NCBI GenBank assembly: GCA_000438195.1
Contig: FR903078.1
Coordinates: 9,845 to 73,844, forward strand
Direction of reading: 5' to 3'
DNA from: Mycoplasma sp. CAG:776
Lineage (GTDB): Bacteria > Bacillota_I > Bacilli_A > RF39 > UBA660
Length of the DNA stretch: 64,000 nt
The notes under the pieces were generated by a model. That model searched no databases. It was not told the DNA's origin and was given only the letters and a program-made list of their open reading frames with translations. Made by a program: the position numbers and the translations under genes. How positions within the stretch are numbered: position 1 is the stretch's first letter; each line of letters starts with the position of its first letter. Below are positions 47,713 through 58,738 of this stretch, piece after piece.

Positions 47713-48430
47713 TTTTTCCTCCTTCAAATGTATTTAATATTTCTTCTGCTCCATTAAAATCAAGCTTATTACTTTCAATTAATTTTCTCGTTGTTTCTGG
47801 TGTAATTACATGATATTTTAACATAATACTTAAAATTTCTCCATTATAAGCATCTTTATTTTTTGTATCTTCATATTTTTCTTGTAAATCACTAATTTCT
47901 AATATGGCATCATATGTTTCATTTACCATTGAACCAATTAATGGGGTTTTATCAAGAATACTCATAGCAATAGTGCTTTCTTTTATCCAAGTATGACTAA
48001 CATTAAATTGAAGCAAGACAAATAGAATGATAAAATTAAATACGACTGCTTCTAAAAATCCTAATACTGCTCCAATAATTTTAGAAGGTATGCCTAAAAT
48101 AATAGTCATTGTTAAAAATTTTTCGAGAATGCCTGTTAGCTTTAAAATTAATGATAAAATACTATACAAGATTACAAATACTAGAACATAAGCTAAACTT
48201 TCATATAGCAAAATATTTAATGTTACTAATCCTTGCCAACTTCCACTAAAATCAAAGAATGGCACAAAATTATATAATAAGTCAGCAACTGGATTTTTTA
48301 AATAGTATGCAATTACTACAACTGCTATAGTACCTACTAGTCCTACTAGACTTCTTATCGCTCCTTTCTTAAATCCTAATACTGCTCCTAAAAGCAAAAA
48401 CAATATTACAACTGCATCAACAATTGTCAT
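47705..48430 (-). CDS. cvpA: CvpA-family membrane protein
   Basis: N-terminus MTIVDAVVILFLLLGAVLGFKKGAIRSLVGLVG is typical of CvpA. 4 or more TM segments. Divergent from rnhC as in Bacillus. Confidence 0.7.
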   Translation of the reverse strand: MTIVDAVVILFLLLGAVLGFKKGAIRSLVGLVGTIAVVVIAYYLKNPVADLLYNFVPFFDFSGSWQGLVTLNILLYESLAYVLVFVILYSILSLILKLTGILEKFLTMTIILGIPSKIIGAVLGFLEAVVFNFIILFVLLQFNVSHTWIKESTIAMSILDKTPLIGSMVNETYDAILEISDLQEKYEDTKNKDAYNGEILSIMLKYHVITPETTRKLIESNKLDFNGAEEILNTFEGGKND

Positions 48431-48513
48431 TTTATCAACTCCTTATTATCATTATATACTAAACTTTTTGAAAAATAAAGCAATATATGATATTATAGAA
48501 TTATGAGGTGTAA

Positions 48514-49446
48514 ATGATGACAATAGTTTTTAAAATAAGCGATAATATTAAACCCTTAATGCTTGAATTTTATAAGGATCGGATTCTTCCTACTAAGCCT
48601 CCTTATTCTGTATTTCAAGTGAAAGAATTCGACTGTGTCATTACTCTATATGAGTCAGGCAAGGTTATGTTTCAAGGTATTGGTGCAGATATAGAAGCTA
48701 GTTATTGGATAGAAGAAGAAAGAATTAAGAATGGCCGTATTATTAATCCTGACGGCAGTGAGAAAAAAAATACCCCTGAAAAAAGAATTTTATTTAATGA
48801 GAGTACTATTGGTTCTGATGAAGTTGGCACTGGCGACTTTTTTGGACCTATTGTAGTTACTGCTACTTATGTTTCCAAAGAAAATATTTCTTTTTTGATT
48901 GATCTGGGAGTTCGAGATTCGAAAAAAATTACAGATGACAAAATCAAAAAAATCGCTCCGGCTATTATAAAGAAAATACCCTATTCTACTTATATTTTAA
49001 CTAATACTTCTTATAATAAAAATTGGAGTGAAGATCTAAATATGAATAAGATAAAAGCAATTTTACATAATAAAGTTCTAGTAAATATGAAAAACAAAGA
49101 TTACTCATATGAAAAAATAGTAGTTGATCAATTTGTTTATCCTGCTAAATATTATGAGCATATTAAAGATGCTAAAGAAAAAGTAACAAATATTACTTTT
49201 ACAACAAAAGCAGAAGATAAATGCTTGTCTGTTGCAGCCGCATCTATAATCTCTAGGTATATTTTCTTAGGAGAAATGGAAAAATTAAGTCAAAATTTAA
49301 ATATAGTTATTCCTAAAGGTGCTGGTCCAAATGTAGATGCAGTTGGTATTGATATTGTAAAAAAATATGGTTTTGATAAATTATATGATATCGCCAAAAT
49401 GAATTTTAAAAATAAAGAGAAAATAAAAAATGGTTTAAAATTATAG
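48514..49446 (+). CDS. rnhC: Ribonuclease HIII
   Basis: N-terminal substrate-binding domain followed by the catalytic GSDEVGTGDFFGP and SIISRY pattern. Confidence 0.85.
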   Translation: MMTIVFKISDNIKPLMLEFYKDRILPTKPPYSVFQVKEFDCVITLYESGKVMFQGIGADIEASYWIEEERIKNGRIINPDGSEKKNTPEKRILFNESTIGSDEVGTGDFFGPIVVTATYVSKENISFLIDLGVRDSKKITDDKIKKIAPAIIKKIPYSTYILTNTSYNKNWSEDLNMNKIKAILHNKVLVNMKNKDYSYEKIVVDQFVYPAKYYEHIKDAKEKVTNITFTTKAEDKCLSVAAASIISRYIFLGEMEKLSQNLNIVIPKGAGPNVDAVGIDIVKKYGFDKLYDIAKMNFKNKEKIKNGLKL

Positions 49447-49454
49447 CCATTTTT

Positions 49455-50396
49455 TTATGAACAAATATCTAATATTAACAATTCCAAAGCATAGTATTTG
49501 TCTAGTTTTCCACTTTTAATTTTTAAATCTAATTCTTCTAATTTAACTAACCATTCTTCTAATTCTTTTATTTTATAAGGGAAAGCTTTTTTTAAATATT
49601 TTTCTAATTGCCAATCCATTAACTTTAATTCATTTAATATTTCATATTCTCTTTTATTTTGCTCTAATAATTTTTTAATATTTAGCATAATTCGAATATC
49701 TCTTGCTACTAAAGTTAACAAAATTGTAGGTTCTACTTTCATTATCTTTAAATCTTGTAATAAATTTAAACTTTGTTCTAAATTTCCTTCTACTAAAGCA
49801 TCAACAAATAAAAAATTATTAGTATTAATTGATCTAGAAACAATTTTTTCTACATCTTCTTTTTTTACATAACATGGTTTGTTATAATACAAAATAATTT
49901 TTTGAACTTCTCCCATTACTAAATCATAATTATTTAAGCTATTAGCAACTATGTATTTTACTGTTTCTTTATCAATTCTATATTGATGTTCTTGAAAATA
50001 CTTTTCTATTTTATTTTCTATTTCATAGAATTTTAAATTCGGAAGTAAAATGACTTCAAATTTTTCTTTGATTAATTTAGTTATTTTTTTTCTCATATCT
50101 ATTTTTTCATTACAAATAAAAATGAGACTAGTTAAAGGATTAGGATTTTCTAAATAATTTATTAAAAGTTCTAATTCTTTTTCGCTTATTTTGCCACTAC
50201 CAAAAAAATTAGCATTTCTTACAATAATAAATTTTTCTTCGCCAAACATAGAGAAATACCCTGCTTCTAGTAAAATATCTTCTACGCTATTTATATTCAT
50301 ATCAAAAGAAGTAACATTTTTATTATCTTTTATAATATTATTAATTTTTTCATTTATTAATAAAATACTTTCGCCATTCACTAACACTATTTTCAT
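49455..50396 (-). CDS. holA: DNA polymerase III delta subunit
   Basis: About 313 aa and adjacent to comEC as in Bacillus. N-terminal ..FGEEKFIIVRNANFF.. is typical of HolA. Confidence 0.7.
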   Translation of the reverse strand: MKIVLVNGESILLINEKINNIIKDNKNVTSFDMNINSVEDILLEAGYFSMFGEEKFIIVRNANFFGSGKISEKELELLINYLENPNPLTSLIFICNEKIDMRKKITKLIKEKFEVILLPNLKFYEIENKIEKYFQEHQYRIDKETVKYIVANSLNNYDLVMGEVQKIILYYNKPCYVKKEDVEKIVSRSINTNNFLFVDALVEGNLEQSLNLLQDLKIMKVEPTILLTLVARDIRIMLNIKKLLEQNKREYEILNELKLMDWQLEKYLKKAFPYKIKELEEWLVKLEELDLKIKSGKLDKYYALELLILDICS

Positions 50397-50442
50397 ATTT
50401 ACCACTTTTTAATTATAACATTAAATTTCTAAAATATATAGC

Positions 50443-52512
50443 TTAAGGTGGAAAAAAGTTCACTTTTTTTATTTTATCTTTAATTGTATAAACAATTGTT
50501 CCTTTGTCTTGAGTATTAAAATACGAAATATTAAGTTCTTGCAAAGTTTCAATAGTTTCTGGTGCTGGATGATTATAGCGATTATTTCTACCTGATGAGA
50601 TAATAGCATACTGGGGATTATATTTTGCAAGAAAAGATTTATCACTACTAGTTTTAGAACCGTGATGACCTATTTTTAATATATCTAAAGAAAAATCATA
50701 CTGTTCTATTATTCTTCTTTCAACGCTCTTAGGAACATCTCCCATCATTAATATTTTTACTTGATCAATTTTAAAATATAATACTAATGAACTTTCATTC
50801 TCATCTTCATTCACCATTTCATTTAAATTTATCATCTTTAATTTAGAAAAATTATTTTGATTTATTTTAGATAATATGGCTTGTTCTAGATCATTTGTTT
50901 TATTATTATTTAACCAAATATTCTTGACTTTTACTTTTTCGATTATTTTAGTGGCATAGCCTAAATGATCCATATCACCATGTGTTCCTACTAATAAGTC
51001 TAATTTAGTAATGCCTATACTTTTTAAAAAAGTAATTATGTTATTTGCATTATCAAAGTTTTTATTTCTTTTTTCCCACTCTTCTCTTTCATAACTAATT
51101 GTTCCTCCTGTATCAATCATTATTGCATACCTTAAATTATTCCCTACAATTACCGCACTATCCCCTTGTCCTACATCTAAAAAATAAACATATGAATTAC
51201 CGTCTAAATAGGGTTGGACTTTATAAATAAGGGTTAAGATAATTAAAAAAACTACATGTTTTAAGTGATACTTATAAATTAAGTATATTATTATATAATA
51301 GATAAAAATATATAACATATTTATTTTGGGAACTGTTAAATTTATGGCAAATATATTTAAGAAACTACTTAATTCTTCTAACATATGAATCCCCCAGCTT
51401 AATAATGGTGATAAAAAAGGCAAGATAAATGTTAAAAGGGTTAATGGAAAAAGAATTGTTGTAACCAAAGGTACAATAATAACGTTATTGAAGATCGTCA
51501 AAAGATTAATTTCATAAAAATTATATATTGTGATAGGAAAACTAAAAATAAATGCTATTGCACTTATTTTTAATAATTGAATTAGATAATTTCCGGTTAT
51601 TTTATTACTAAACAAAATTAAGCCAAAAGACGTTGTAAAAGAATATATAAATCCTAAATTGTAAAGATAAAAAGGATTTATTATTATTAATAACAAAAAT
51701 AATAAATATAACACATTTATTGTTTTTAGGTTTAACTTACTTTTTTTATTGATTAGTAAAAATATAAATAAAAGTCCTCCTCGTAAAACTGATGGTGTAA
51801 ATCCTACTAAAAACATATAAAATATTAAAAATAATATAATTAAAATATTCCCTATTAATTCTTTTATGTGAATTTTTTTAAATAATTTATTTAAAAATAA
51901 TGCTATAAAGCCAATATGCATTCCAGAAACAGCAAATAAATGTGTAGTTCCATTTTTTTGATAATCTTCATAAACATCACTATCAATATAATCACTTTCA
52001 CCCAAAACTAGTGCATGTAAATAAGCACTTGATTCCCCTGTTTTGCTTATTTTTCTTATAAAATTTGTTTTAATTTGATTTAGTAAATCTGTTTTATTAG
52101 ATAATATTATTTTATTAGCGTTAAAAATTATATATATTTTATTATTGTATAAATATTCTTTATAATTAAAAGTATTAGGAATGGTATTATTATATGGTGT
52201 AGTTATTTCTCCTTTCAAAATAACTTCTGATCCTAATAAAATATTTTCTTCTAAATATTCTTTTTCTTCTAATGTATCTATATAATAATTTACTTTTACT
52301 TTTTCCTTAGCCTTAATAAACATAGTTAATTTATTTCCATCAATTGTATATGACATAATCGTTCCTGTTATACTTTTAGTATTTTTATCAATTTTACTTT
52401 CATAACTAATTAATTTTGTAAATATTACAACATACAAAATTATGAATAATAAACTTAGAATTATAAACTTTTTAGATTGTAATATAATTCTTAATCTTTG
52501 CGAAGATGACAT
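50443..52512 (-). CDS. comEC: DNA internalization competence protein ComEC/Rec2
   Basis: Competence domain THLFAVSGMHIG, many TM segments, C-terminal metallo-beta-lactamase VGTHGDMDHLG. Confidence 0.88.
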   Translation of the reverse strand: MSSSQRLRIILQSKKFIILSLLFIILYVVIFTKLISYESKIDKNTKSITGTIMSYTIDGNKLTMFIKAKEKVKVNYYIDTLEEKEYLEENILLGSEVILKGEITTPYNNTIPNTFNYKEYLYNNKIYIIFNANKIILSNKTDLLNQIKTNFIRKISKTGESSAYLHALVLGESDYIDSDVYEDYQKNGTTHLFAVSGMHIGFIALFLNKLFKKIHIKELIGNILIILFLIFYMFLVGFTPSVLRGGLLFIFLLINKKSKLNLKTINVLYLLFLLLIIINPFYLYNLGFIYSFTTSFGLILFSNKITGNYLIQLLKISAIAFIFSFPITIYNFYEINLLTIFNNVIIVPLVTTILFPLTLLTFILPFLSPLLSWGIHMLEELSSFLNIFAINLTVPKINMLYIFIYYIIIYLIYKYHLKHVVFLIILTLIYKVQPYLDGNSYVYFLDVGQGDSAVIVGNNLRYAIMIDTGGTISYEREEWEKRNKNFDNANNIITFLKSIGITKLDLLVGTHGDMDHLGYATKIIEKVKVKNIWLNNNKTNDLEQAILSKINQNNFSKLKMINLNEMVNEDENESSLVLYFKIDQVKILMMGDVPKSVERRIIEQYDFSLDILKIGHHGSKTSSDKSFLAKYNPQYAIISSGRNNRYNHPAPETIETLQELNISYFNTQDKGTIVYTIKDKIKKVNFFPP

Positions 52513-53191
52513 CGCCTATTCCTTTTACATTTCCGATTTCTTCAATACTTTTAAAGTTACCATTTTTATTACGATAATCTATAATTGCTTCGGCTTTTAC
52601 TTCACCAATTCCGTTTAAAGACATTAATTCAGTTTTACTTGCTGTATTAATGTTAATAATTTGTGTAGTTAAATCATCTTCATTCGTGATTTCGGCATTA
52701 TTTTCTCCTGGAATTATAATACTCTCTTTTTTTTCTACACAATCTTTAATGCTATAGCTTGAACTATTGCAGCTCTTTGAAGTAGTACTACTACTTTTTT
52801 TAGTCTCATTTGATTTCAATTCTTTTGTAGTATAAATGTATATTACCATTTCGTCGCTTACTTTTTTGCTTAAATTAATACTTTCTTGATCGGCATCTTC
52901 ATTAAATCCTCCTGCAAGTGTAATCACGTCACTAACAATAGCACCTTCTTCTACTTCATAGACTCCAGGTGTTTTGATAGCACCTTTTATATCTATATGA
53001 ATTTTTTTAGCTTTTTCCTCCTTTCTTTCTTCTTTAGAAGTATTGGCAACAAAGTTATCATTTTGAATTATTTCTGTGCTATTTTTTTCATAAAAAATTC
53101 CATAACAAGAAATGCCAATACAAATGCATATCAGAATTCCAAAAATAATTTCTCTTAAATATTTTTTTAAATAAAAAATAATATCTGGCAT
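52472..53191 (-). CDS. comEA: Competence protein ComEA (SLBB plus helix-hairpin-helix DNA receptor)
   Basis: GAIKTPGVYEVEEGAIVSDVI and INTASKTELMSLNGIGEVKAEAIIDYR. Start placed at MPDIIFYL behind AGGAGG. Confidence 0.82.
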   Translation of the reverse strand: MPDIIFYLKKYLREIIFGILICICIGISCYGIFYEKNSTEIIQNDNFVANTSKEERKEEKAKKIHIDIKGAIKTPGVYEVEEGAIVSDVITLAGGFNEDADQESINLSKKVSDEMVIYIYTTKELKSNETKKSSSTTSKSCNSSSYSIKDCVEKKESIIIPGENNAEITNEDDLTTQIININTASKTELMSLNGIGEVKAEAIIDYRNKNGNFKSIEEIGNVKGIGDVIFAKIKNYITI

Positions 53192-53326
53192 TCTTTTCCT
53201 CCTTTCTGTTATCATTGTAACAGAGGATGGAAAAGAATGCAAAAGGCCAAATAGCTATCATTCATAAATGAAATTATATAAATTGTTAAGGGAATTTAGT
53301 TAGTTTGATATTTTAAATTAATATAA

Positions 53327-53737
53327 TTAGTATTTTTTCCTTTTTTTAAACAAAATTATAAAAAAGAAAAGAATGATTAAAAAACACACCCCTGCTATAG
53401 TCGGAGCAACATATGCTGGTACTGTTTCATCTTTATTTAGTTCTAATGATTCTAAGTATTTGATGTTGTCCTCTTTTAAAGTGGTTTTTGTACTATAAAC
53501 TTCTAAATAATAACTCATACTTTCTTCATCATTATAAACTGTAATTACTATCTCATTTTGATCGTCATTTATTTGGTTATTAAATATAGATATTTGATCA
53601 TTTTCTTCTATTTCATATTCTATTTCTAACTTCTCTACGCTACTATCTGTATGAACTGTATATCTAGTATTTAAAGGGTCAAACTTTACAGATAGTTCTC
53701 CATTCAATATCGTTAATCTCTTTAACATAGACTCCAC
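53327..53737 (-). CDS. Small protein with a cadherin-like beta-sandwich-type N-terminal domain and a C-terminal TM anchor
   Basis: LTILNGELSVKFDPLNTRYTV pattern. C-terminal APTIAGVCFLIILFFFIILF followed by KKRKK. Confidence 0.5.
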   Translation of the reverse strand: MESMLKRLTILNGELSVKFDPLNTRYTVHTDSSVEKLEIEYEIEENDQISIFNNQINDDQNEIVITVYNDEESMSYYLEVYSTKTTLKEDNIKYLESLELNKDETVPAYVAPTIAGVCFLIILFFFIILFKKRKKY

Positions 53738-53777
53738 CTAATTTTAGTTTAAACAAAAAAAGAAAGATTATTCTTTC

Positions 53778-54869
53778 TTAAATCAATTTTATTAAAATCT
53801 CATTCATAACATATAATTTTTTAGGATTAATATAGACATATCCATTTTTATAAATAAGATCTCCACTTTTAATTAAAGGCTTTATCGGAAATATATTTTG
53901 CATATTTTCTTCAAACTTATTAAAGAAATGCTCTAAATTAATTCCTTCAAGCTTTCTAAAACCTAAAATTAATTCATTTTCCATATTATCTACTTTACTC
54001 ATTAACGATTTACTACTCACAAAATGGCCTTTTAAATATTCCGTTAAACTTTTCGTATTTTCATACCGAATTGCTTCAACAAATCCGCTTGCTCCAACAC
54101 CAAAGCCATAATATTCTTCATTATTCCAATAAGTTAAATTATGCTTGGATTCATATTCTTTTTTAGCAAAATTAGATACTTCATAATGATGAAAGCCTTT
54201 CTTTTTTAAAGTTTTACAAATAATTTCATAAAGTTTTAAGTCTCTTTCCTCTTCAATTGGCTTTACCTTATTTAACCCTACTAATGTATTTTTTTCAATC
54301 ATTAAGCTATAGGTACTGATATGTTCGGGCTTTAATTTTAAAAATCTTTTTAAATCTTTTTTTAAGACTTTTGGGGTTTCATCAGGAATAGCATACATTA
54401 AATCTATATTAATATTAAGAAAGCCAATATTTCGAAGCATTTCTATTTTTCTTTTGGCTTCTTTAAAATTACTTTCTCTATTCATAAATTTTAATTTTTC
54501 TAAATTAAAAGATTCTATTCCAATACTTAAACGATTTACACCTTGATTATGTAAAAATGCAAATTTTTCTTCTTCTAAATCATTCAAATTACATTCGAAA
54601 GTAAATTCGATATTTTTTGATTTATGAAATTTTGACAATATTTTAAATAATTGCTCTAATTCTTCTGTATTTAAACTGCTTGGTGTTCCTCCTCCAATAT
54701 AAAGAGTGCTTATCTCTTCGCCCATATATGAATTTTCTATCTCTTCTTCTAGTCTTTTTAAGTAAGGACTTACCCAATCTTTGTTATAAACCACTTTACA
54801 AAAATCACAATAAGAGCAGATGCTATTGCAAAAAGGAATATGAATATATACTGATTTTATTTTTTTCAT
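53778..54869 (-). CDS. hemW: Radical SAM heme chaperone HemW (HemN-like)
   Basis: IHIPFCNSICSYCDFC cluster motif, plus LYIGGGTPS and the C-terminal HemN_C region. Confidence 0.85.
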   Translation of the reverse strand: MKKIKSVYIHIPFCNSICSYCDFCKVVYNKDWVSPYLKRLEEEIENSYMGEEISTLYIGGGTPSSLNTEELEQLFKILSKFHKSKNIEFTFECNLNDLEEEKFAFLHNQGVNRLSIGIESFNLEKLKFMNRESNFKEAKRKIEMLRNIGFLNINIDLMYAIPDETPKVLKKDLKRFLKLKPEHISTYSLMIEKNTLVGLNKVKPIEEERDLKLYEIICKTLKKKGFHHYEVSNFAKKEYESKHNLTYWNNEEYYGFGVGASGFVEAIRYENTKSLTEYLKGHFVSSKSLMSKVDNMENELILGFRKLEGINLEHFFNKFEENMQNIFPIKPLIKSGDLIYKNGYVYINPKKLYVMNEILIKLI

Positions 54870-55978
54870 TTTCTACCTCTTATGTGACAATCTTCAAGAT
54901 ATTCTTTATATGATTCTATTCTCTTTTTTAAAGTTTCATCTTCTATTTTAGAAAGTAAATACACTACTTTATTCAAACTAATATTTAAAATTTCGGCTAT
55001 TTCAAATAAAGATAAACCATATTTTAATAATAATTTACAGATTGTGTGAATTTCTTCTGTTTGATATTTATCTTTTCCTGCTAATTCAGTTAAATTACTA
55101 CTTGTAATTTTTGAATAAAATATTTCCTCTCTTTTCTTATCCTTTTTCAACTTTATTTTATAGAAAAAATATAAATTCATACGAGCTATAAATTCTGCAT
55201 ACTCTTTTTCTTTAGAAGTAAATCCAGCAGTTTCATAAAATAAGAATTTGAGTGAATCTCTTAAAAAATTATGCTCATGATTCAGATATTCGATTAAAGT
55301 ATTTTCGTCTGTTTCTAATATTTTACTCATAACTTGCAAAGGAATGCGAAATTCTAACATAAAATATATTAAAAATTTGGGCTTGAAGCTTTTGATATTC
55401 ATTTTGGGAAAATGTATGCTAGCTAATATTTCGGCGATGTTACCATTTTGAAATAAATCTGTTAACATTAAATTTAATTTATCATAATATAATGGTGATA
55501 CAGTACGAATATTATTAACTTTTTCTTCTTTTAATTTATTCATATCATAATGTAAGGTATTACGATTTAAGTCTAATTCTGCTGCAATCTGATTAATACT
55601 CAATCCATTTTCATGCCCTCTTTGGAAACATTTTAAATTTTCTATACATATTAGAGGTTTCTTTTGTCCTGCATGTCCACCAATTGCTTTATTGGCATTA
55701 AAAAGATCTTCTAAACCTCTTGCTAAAGTTTCATTATATAAACCGTTTTCTGGATTTCTTATTTCAGACATATATTTTTTCAAAGTACGAATATTAAAGT
55801 TGGTAGATTCAGAAAAAGATTTTAAAGTGATTTTATTTTCAATTAAATAACTTGCGATATACCAAGCTGTGACTCTTCGAATATCCAAAATGGTTATTTG
55901 ATAAAGCTCTGCTATTTTATATATACTAGTTCCGCTTATTACTTTAGTAGCTATTGTAATTTCTTTTTCACTTAACAT
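54866..55978 (-). CDS. Multi-HTH protein of unknown function
   Basis: At least three HTH-like segments: SIYKIAELYQITILDIRRV, GLSINQIAAELDLNRNTLHYDMNKL, GLSLFEIAEILNISLNKVVYLLSKI. Overlaps the lepA stop by 1 nt and the hemW start by 4 nt. Confidence 0.6.
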   Translation of the reverse strand: MLSEKEITIATKVISGTSIYKIAELYQITILDIRRVTAWYIASYLIENKITLKSFSESTNFNIRTLKKYMSEIRNPENGLYNETLARGLEDLFNANKAIGGHAGQKKPLICIENLKCFQRGHENGLSINQIAAELDLNRNTLHYDMNKLKEEKVNNIRTVSPLYYDKLNLMLTDLFQNGNIAEILASIHFPKMNIKSFKPKFLIYFMLEFRIPLQVMSKILETDENTLIEYLNHEHNFLRDSLKFLFYETAGFTSKEKEYAEFIARMNLYFFYKIKLKKDKKREEIFYSKITSSNLTELAGKDKYQTEEIHTICKLLLKYGLSLFEIAEILNISLNKVVYLLSKIEDETLKKRIESYKEYLEDCHIRGRK

Positions 55979-57777
55979 TATTCATCCTCCCCGCTTAAAA
56001 CGGCTAAAAAGGCTTCTTGTGGTACTTCTACCGATCCAACCATTTTCATCCTTTTCTTGCCTTCTTTTTGATGCTCTAATAATTTTCTTTTTCTTGATAC
56101 ATCTCCACCATAACATTTAGCTAAAACATTTTTTCGCATTGCACTTATCGTTTCTCTTGCTATGACTTTTGAACCAACACTTGCTTGAATTGGTAATTCA
56201 AACATTTGACGGGGAATTAATTCTTTTAATTTTTTTACAATTTTTCTTCCACGATCATAAGCAAAATCTTTATGAACAATTACACTTAAAGCATCTACTG
56301 CTTTACCGTTTAATAAAATATCCATTTTTACTAAATTTGATTCTTCATATCCACATATTTCATAATCAAAAGATGCATATCCTTTGGTATAGCTTTTTAA
56401 TTTGTCGAAAAAGTCATAAACAATTTCAGATAGAGGTATATTATAATGAATATTTACTCTTGTCTCATCAATATACTCCATTGTTTTATAAATTCCTCTT
56501 TTATCTTGACACAATTCCATAATCGCCCCAATATATTCGCTAGGTACGATAATATTTGTATAAATAAAAGGCTCTTTAATCCAAGATATAGAAGCACGAT
56601 CAGGCATTTTATTTGGAGAATCAATCTTGATTATTTCTCCACTATTTAACTTTATTTCATAGATTACACTAGGACTTGTGGCAATAATATTAATACCAAA
56701 TTCCCTTTCGATACGAGTCATGATAACATCCATGTGTAATAAACCTAAAAATCCGGTTCGAAAACCAAAGCCTAAAGCATCTGAAGTTTCCGCTTCAAAA
56801 CTTAAAGCAGCATCATTTAGTTTTAATTTATTTAAAGCTTCTCTTAAATCGCCAAAACGATTTGGTTCTACTGGAAATAATCCCGAATAAACCATAGGTT
56901 TCATGGGTTGATAACCCTTTATAGGGGTATTTGCCGGATCAGAAAAAAGAGTGATGGTATCCCCTACTTGAACTTTGGAAATGTCTTTAATACTGGCACA
57001 GACATAGCCAACTTCGCCAACCGTTAATTTATCTTTTTTTACTTCTTTAGGAGTAGATACCCCTAATTCAACAATTTCAAAATCAGAATTGCTTTGCATA
57101 AGTTTAATATGATCTTTTACTTTTAGTTCTCCATCTACCATTTTTACTAAAGCTATTACACCACGATAAGCATCATAGCGACTATCAAAAATTAAAGCTC
57201 TTGTCTTACTATTTTCCTCTATCTTAGGAGCTGGTATCCTTTTTATTATTTCTTCAATTAATGAAGGTATTCCTTCTCCTGTTTTACCACTGCATAAAAC
57301 GATCTCATTTTCATTAAAACCAAATACTCTTTTTAATTCCTCTGTTACTTTAGGAATATTAGCATTTGGTAAATCAATTTTATTAATTACAGGAATAATT
57401 GTTAAATCGTTTTGCATGGCTAAATATAGATTAGCTATCGTTTGGGCTTCTATTCCTTGAGCAGCATCGACAACTAAAATCGCTCCTTCACAGGCAGCAA
57501 GACTACGAGAAACTTCATAAGAAAAATCGACATGACCTGGGGTATCAATTAAATTTAATATGTATTCTTCTCCATTATAATTAGTATGAAGTTCAACAGC
57601 ATTTAATTTAATCGTTATGCCTCGTTCACGTTCTAAGTCCATACTATCTAATATCTGGTCTTTCATTTCTCTTTTGTCAATCGCATGAGTATACTCTAAA
57701 ATACGATCCGCTAAAGTACTTTTCCCGTGATCTATATGAGCTATAATTGAAAAATTACGTATGTTTTCTTTTTTCAT
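55978..57777 (-). CDS. lepA: Elongation factor 4 (LepA)
   Basis: [23 protein letters not shown], and the LepA C-terminal domain. Start placed at [11 protein letters not shown]. Confidence 0.93.
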   Translation of the reverse strand: MKKENIRNFSIIAHIDHGKSTLADRILEYTHAIDKREMKDQILDSMDLERERGITIKLNAVELHTNYNGEEYILNLIDTPGHVDFSYEVSRSLAACEGAILVVDAAQGIEAQTIANLYLAMQNDLTIIPVINKIDLPNANIPKVTEELKRVFGFNENEIVLCSGKTGEGIPSLIEEIIKRIPAPKIEENSKTRALIFDSRYDAYRGVIALVKMVDGELKVKDHIKLMQSNSDFEIVELGVSTPKEVKKDKLTVGEVGYVCASIKDISKVQVGDTITLFSDPANTPIKGYQPMKPMVYSGLFPVEPNRFGDLREALNKLKLNDAALSFEAETSDALGFGFRTGFLGLLHMDVIMTRIEREFGINIIATSPSVIYEIKLNSGEIIKIDSPNKMPDRASISWIKEPFIYTNIIVPSEYIGAIMELCQDKRGIYKTMEYIDETRVNIHYNIPLSEIVYDFFDKLKSYTKGYASFDYEICGYEESNLVKMDILLNGKAVDALSVIVHKDFAYDRGRKIVKKLKELIPRQMFELPIQASVGSKVIARETISAMRKNVLAKCYGGDVSRKRKLLEHQKEGKKRMKMVGSVEVPQEAFLAVLSGEDE

Positions 57778-57834
57778 ATTTAACACCAATAATATTATAT
57801 CTTAAAATAGGAAAAGAGAAAAGAAAAACTTGTC

Positions 57835-58734
57835 TTAATAATTTTTTAATATATTTTGAAAATATTTTATTATATTACTTTCTTCTTTAGTAAATTTTAT
57901 TTGGATTATTATCTCAATATTTTTATAATAGTAAATGTATTTTTGAAAGAAACATTTACAGTTTTTTAAAAAGCATTCCTTAGTGTTTAATTCGGCTTTT
58001 TGATAATATTTTATATAGGCTTGACTTAATCCCAACAATATTAGGGCTAATCTATTATTAAAATATTGATTTTTTCTTGGATTTTTTAAAGAATAATAAA
58101 CATAATTTATTGATTTAAAAAAATATTTATAATCATATCCTTTATCTATAGAATATTTATTAGTTATTGAATTTTTATTTCTTCTGCAATATTTATATAT
58201 CACTTCTTTAATACTTTTCGTTTTCTCTTTAGAAGACAAGCAGTAAGCCTTCATAATAAATGCTACATCTTCTTCTATTGGATAATTTGGGACTTTTATT
58301 TTATTTTTTAAAATAAATTTTCTATTTAATAATTTTGCAACCATGTGTCCTTCGTGTATTAAAACTTTATTATTTATTAGTTCTTTACCTGCTACTATAT
58401 CATAATTATTTTGGAGCATTTCATTTAATAATAGTTCTAAAGCTTTGTTATTTATTAATATATCGTCAGCATCCATGAAAAAGAGATAAGGATTTTCAGT
58501 CTTTTTTATTCCATATTGTTTAGCATATCCTTGGCCTTTGTTTTTAGGTAATTTTATAAGTTGAATATTAAGTGCTAAAGTATACTTTTTTAAAATATCG
58601 TCATATTTTTCTTTACTTCCATCATCTACAATTGTTACATAAATTAAATTTGATATTGTCTGCTTTTTTATTGAATCTAATGCCCTATTTAAAAATTTTC
58701 TTGCTTCATAAACTGGTATTATAATATCTATCAT
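57835..58734 (-). CDS. Family 2 glycosyltransferase
   Basis: IIIPVYEARKFLNRALDSIKKQT, VDDGS, DADD. The ATG at 58734 lies 4 nt after the upstream stop, but the longer track start at 58761 cannot be excluded. Confidence 0.75.
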   Translation of the reverse strand: MIDIIIPVYEARKFLNRALDSIKKQTISNLIYVTIVDDGSKEKYDDILKKYTLALNIQLIKLPKNKGQGYAKQYGIKKTENPYLFFMDADDILINNKALELLLNEMLQNNYDIVAGKELINNKVLIHEGHMVAKLLNRKFILKNKIKVPNYPIEEDVAFIMKAYCLSSKEKTKSIKEVIYKYCRRNKNSITNKYSIDKGYDYKYFFKSINYVYYSLKNPRKNQYFNNRLALILLGLSQAYIKYYQKAELNTKECFLKNCKCFFQKYIYYYKNIEIIIQIKFTKEESNIIKYFQNILKNY

Positions 58735-58738
58735 TTGC

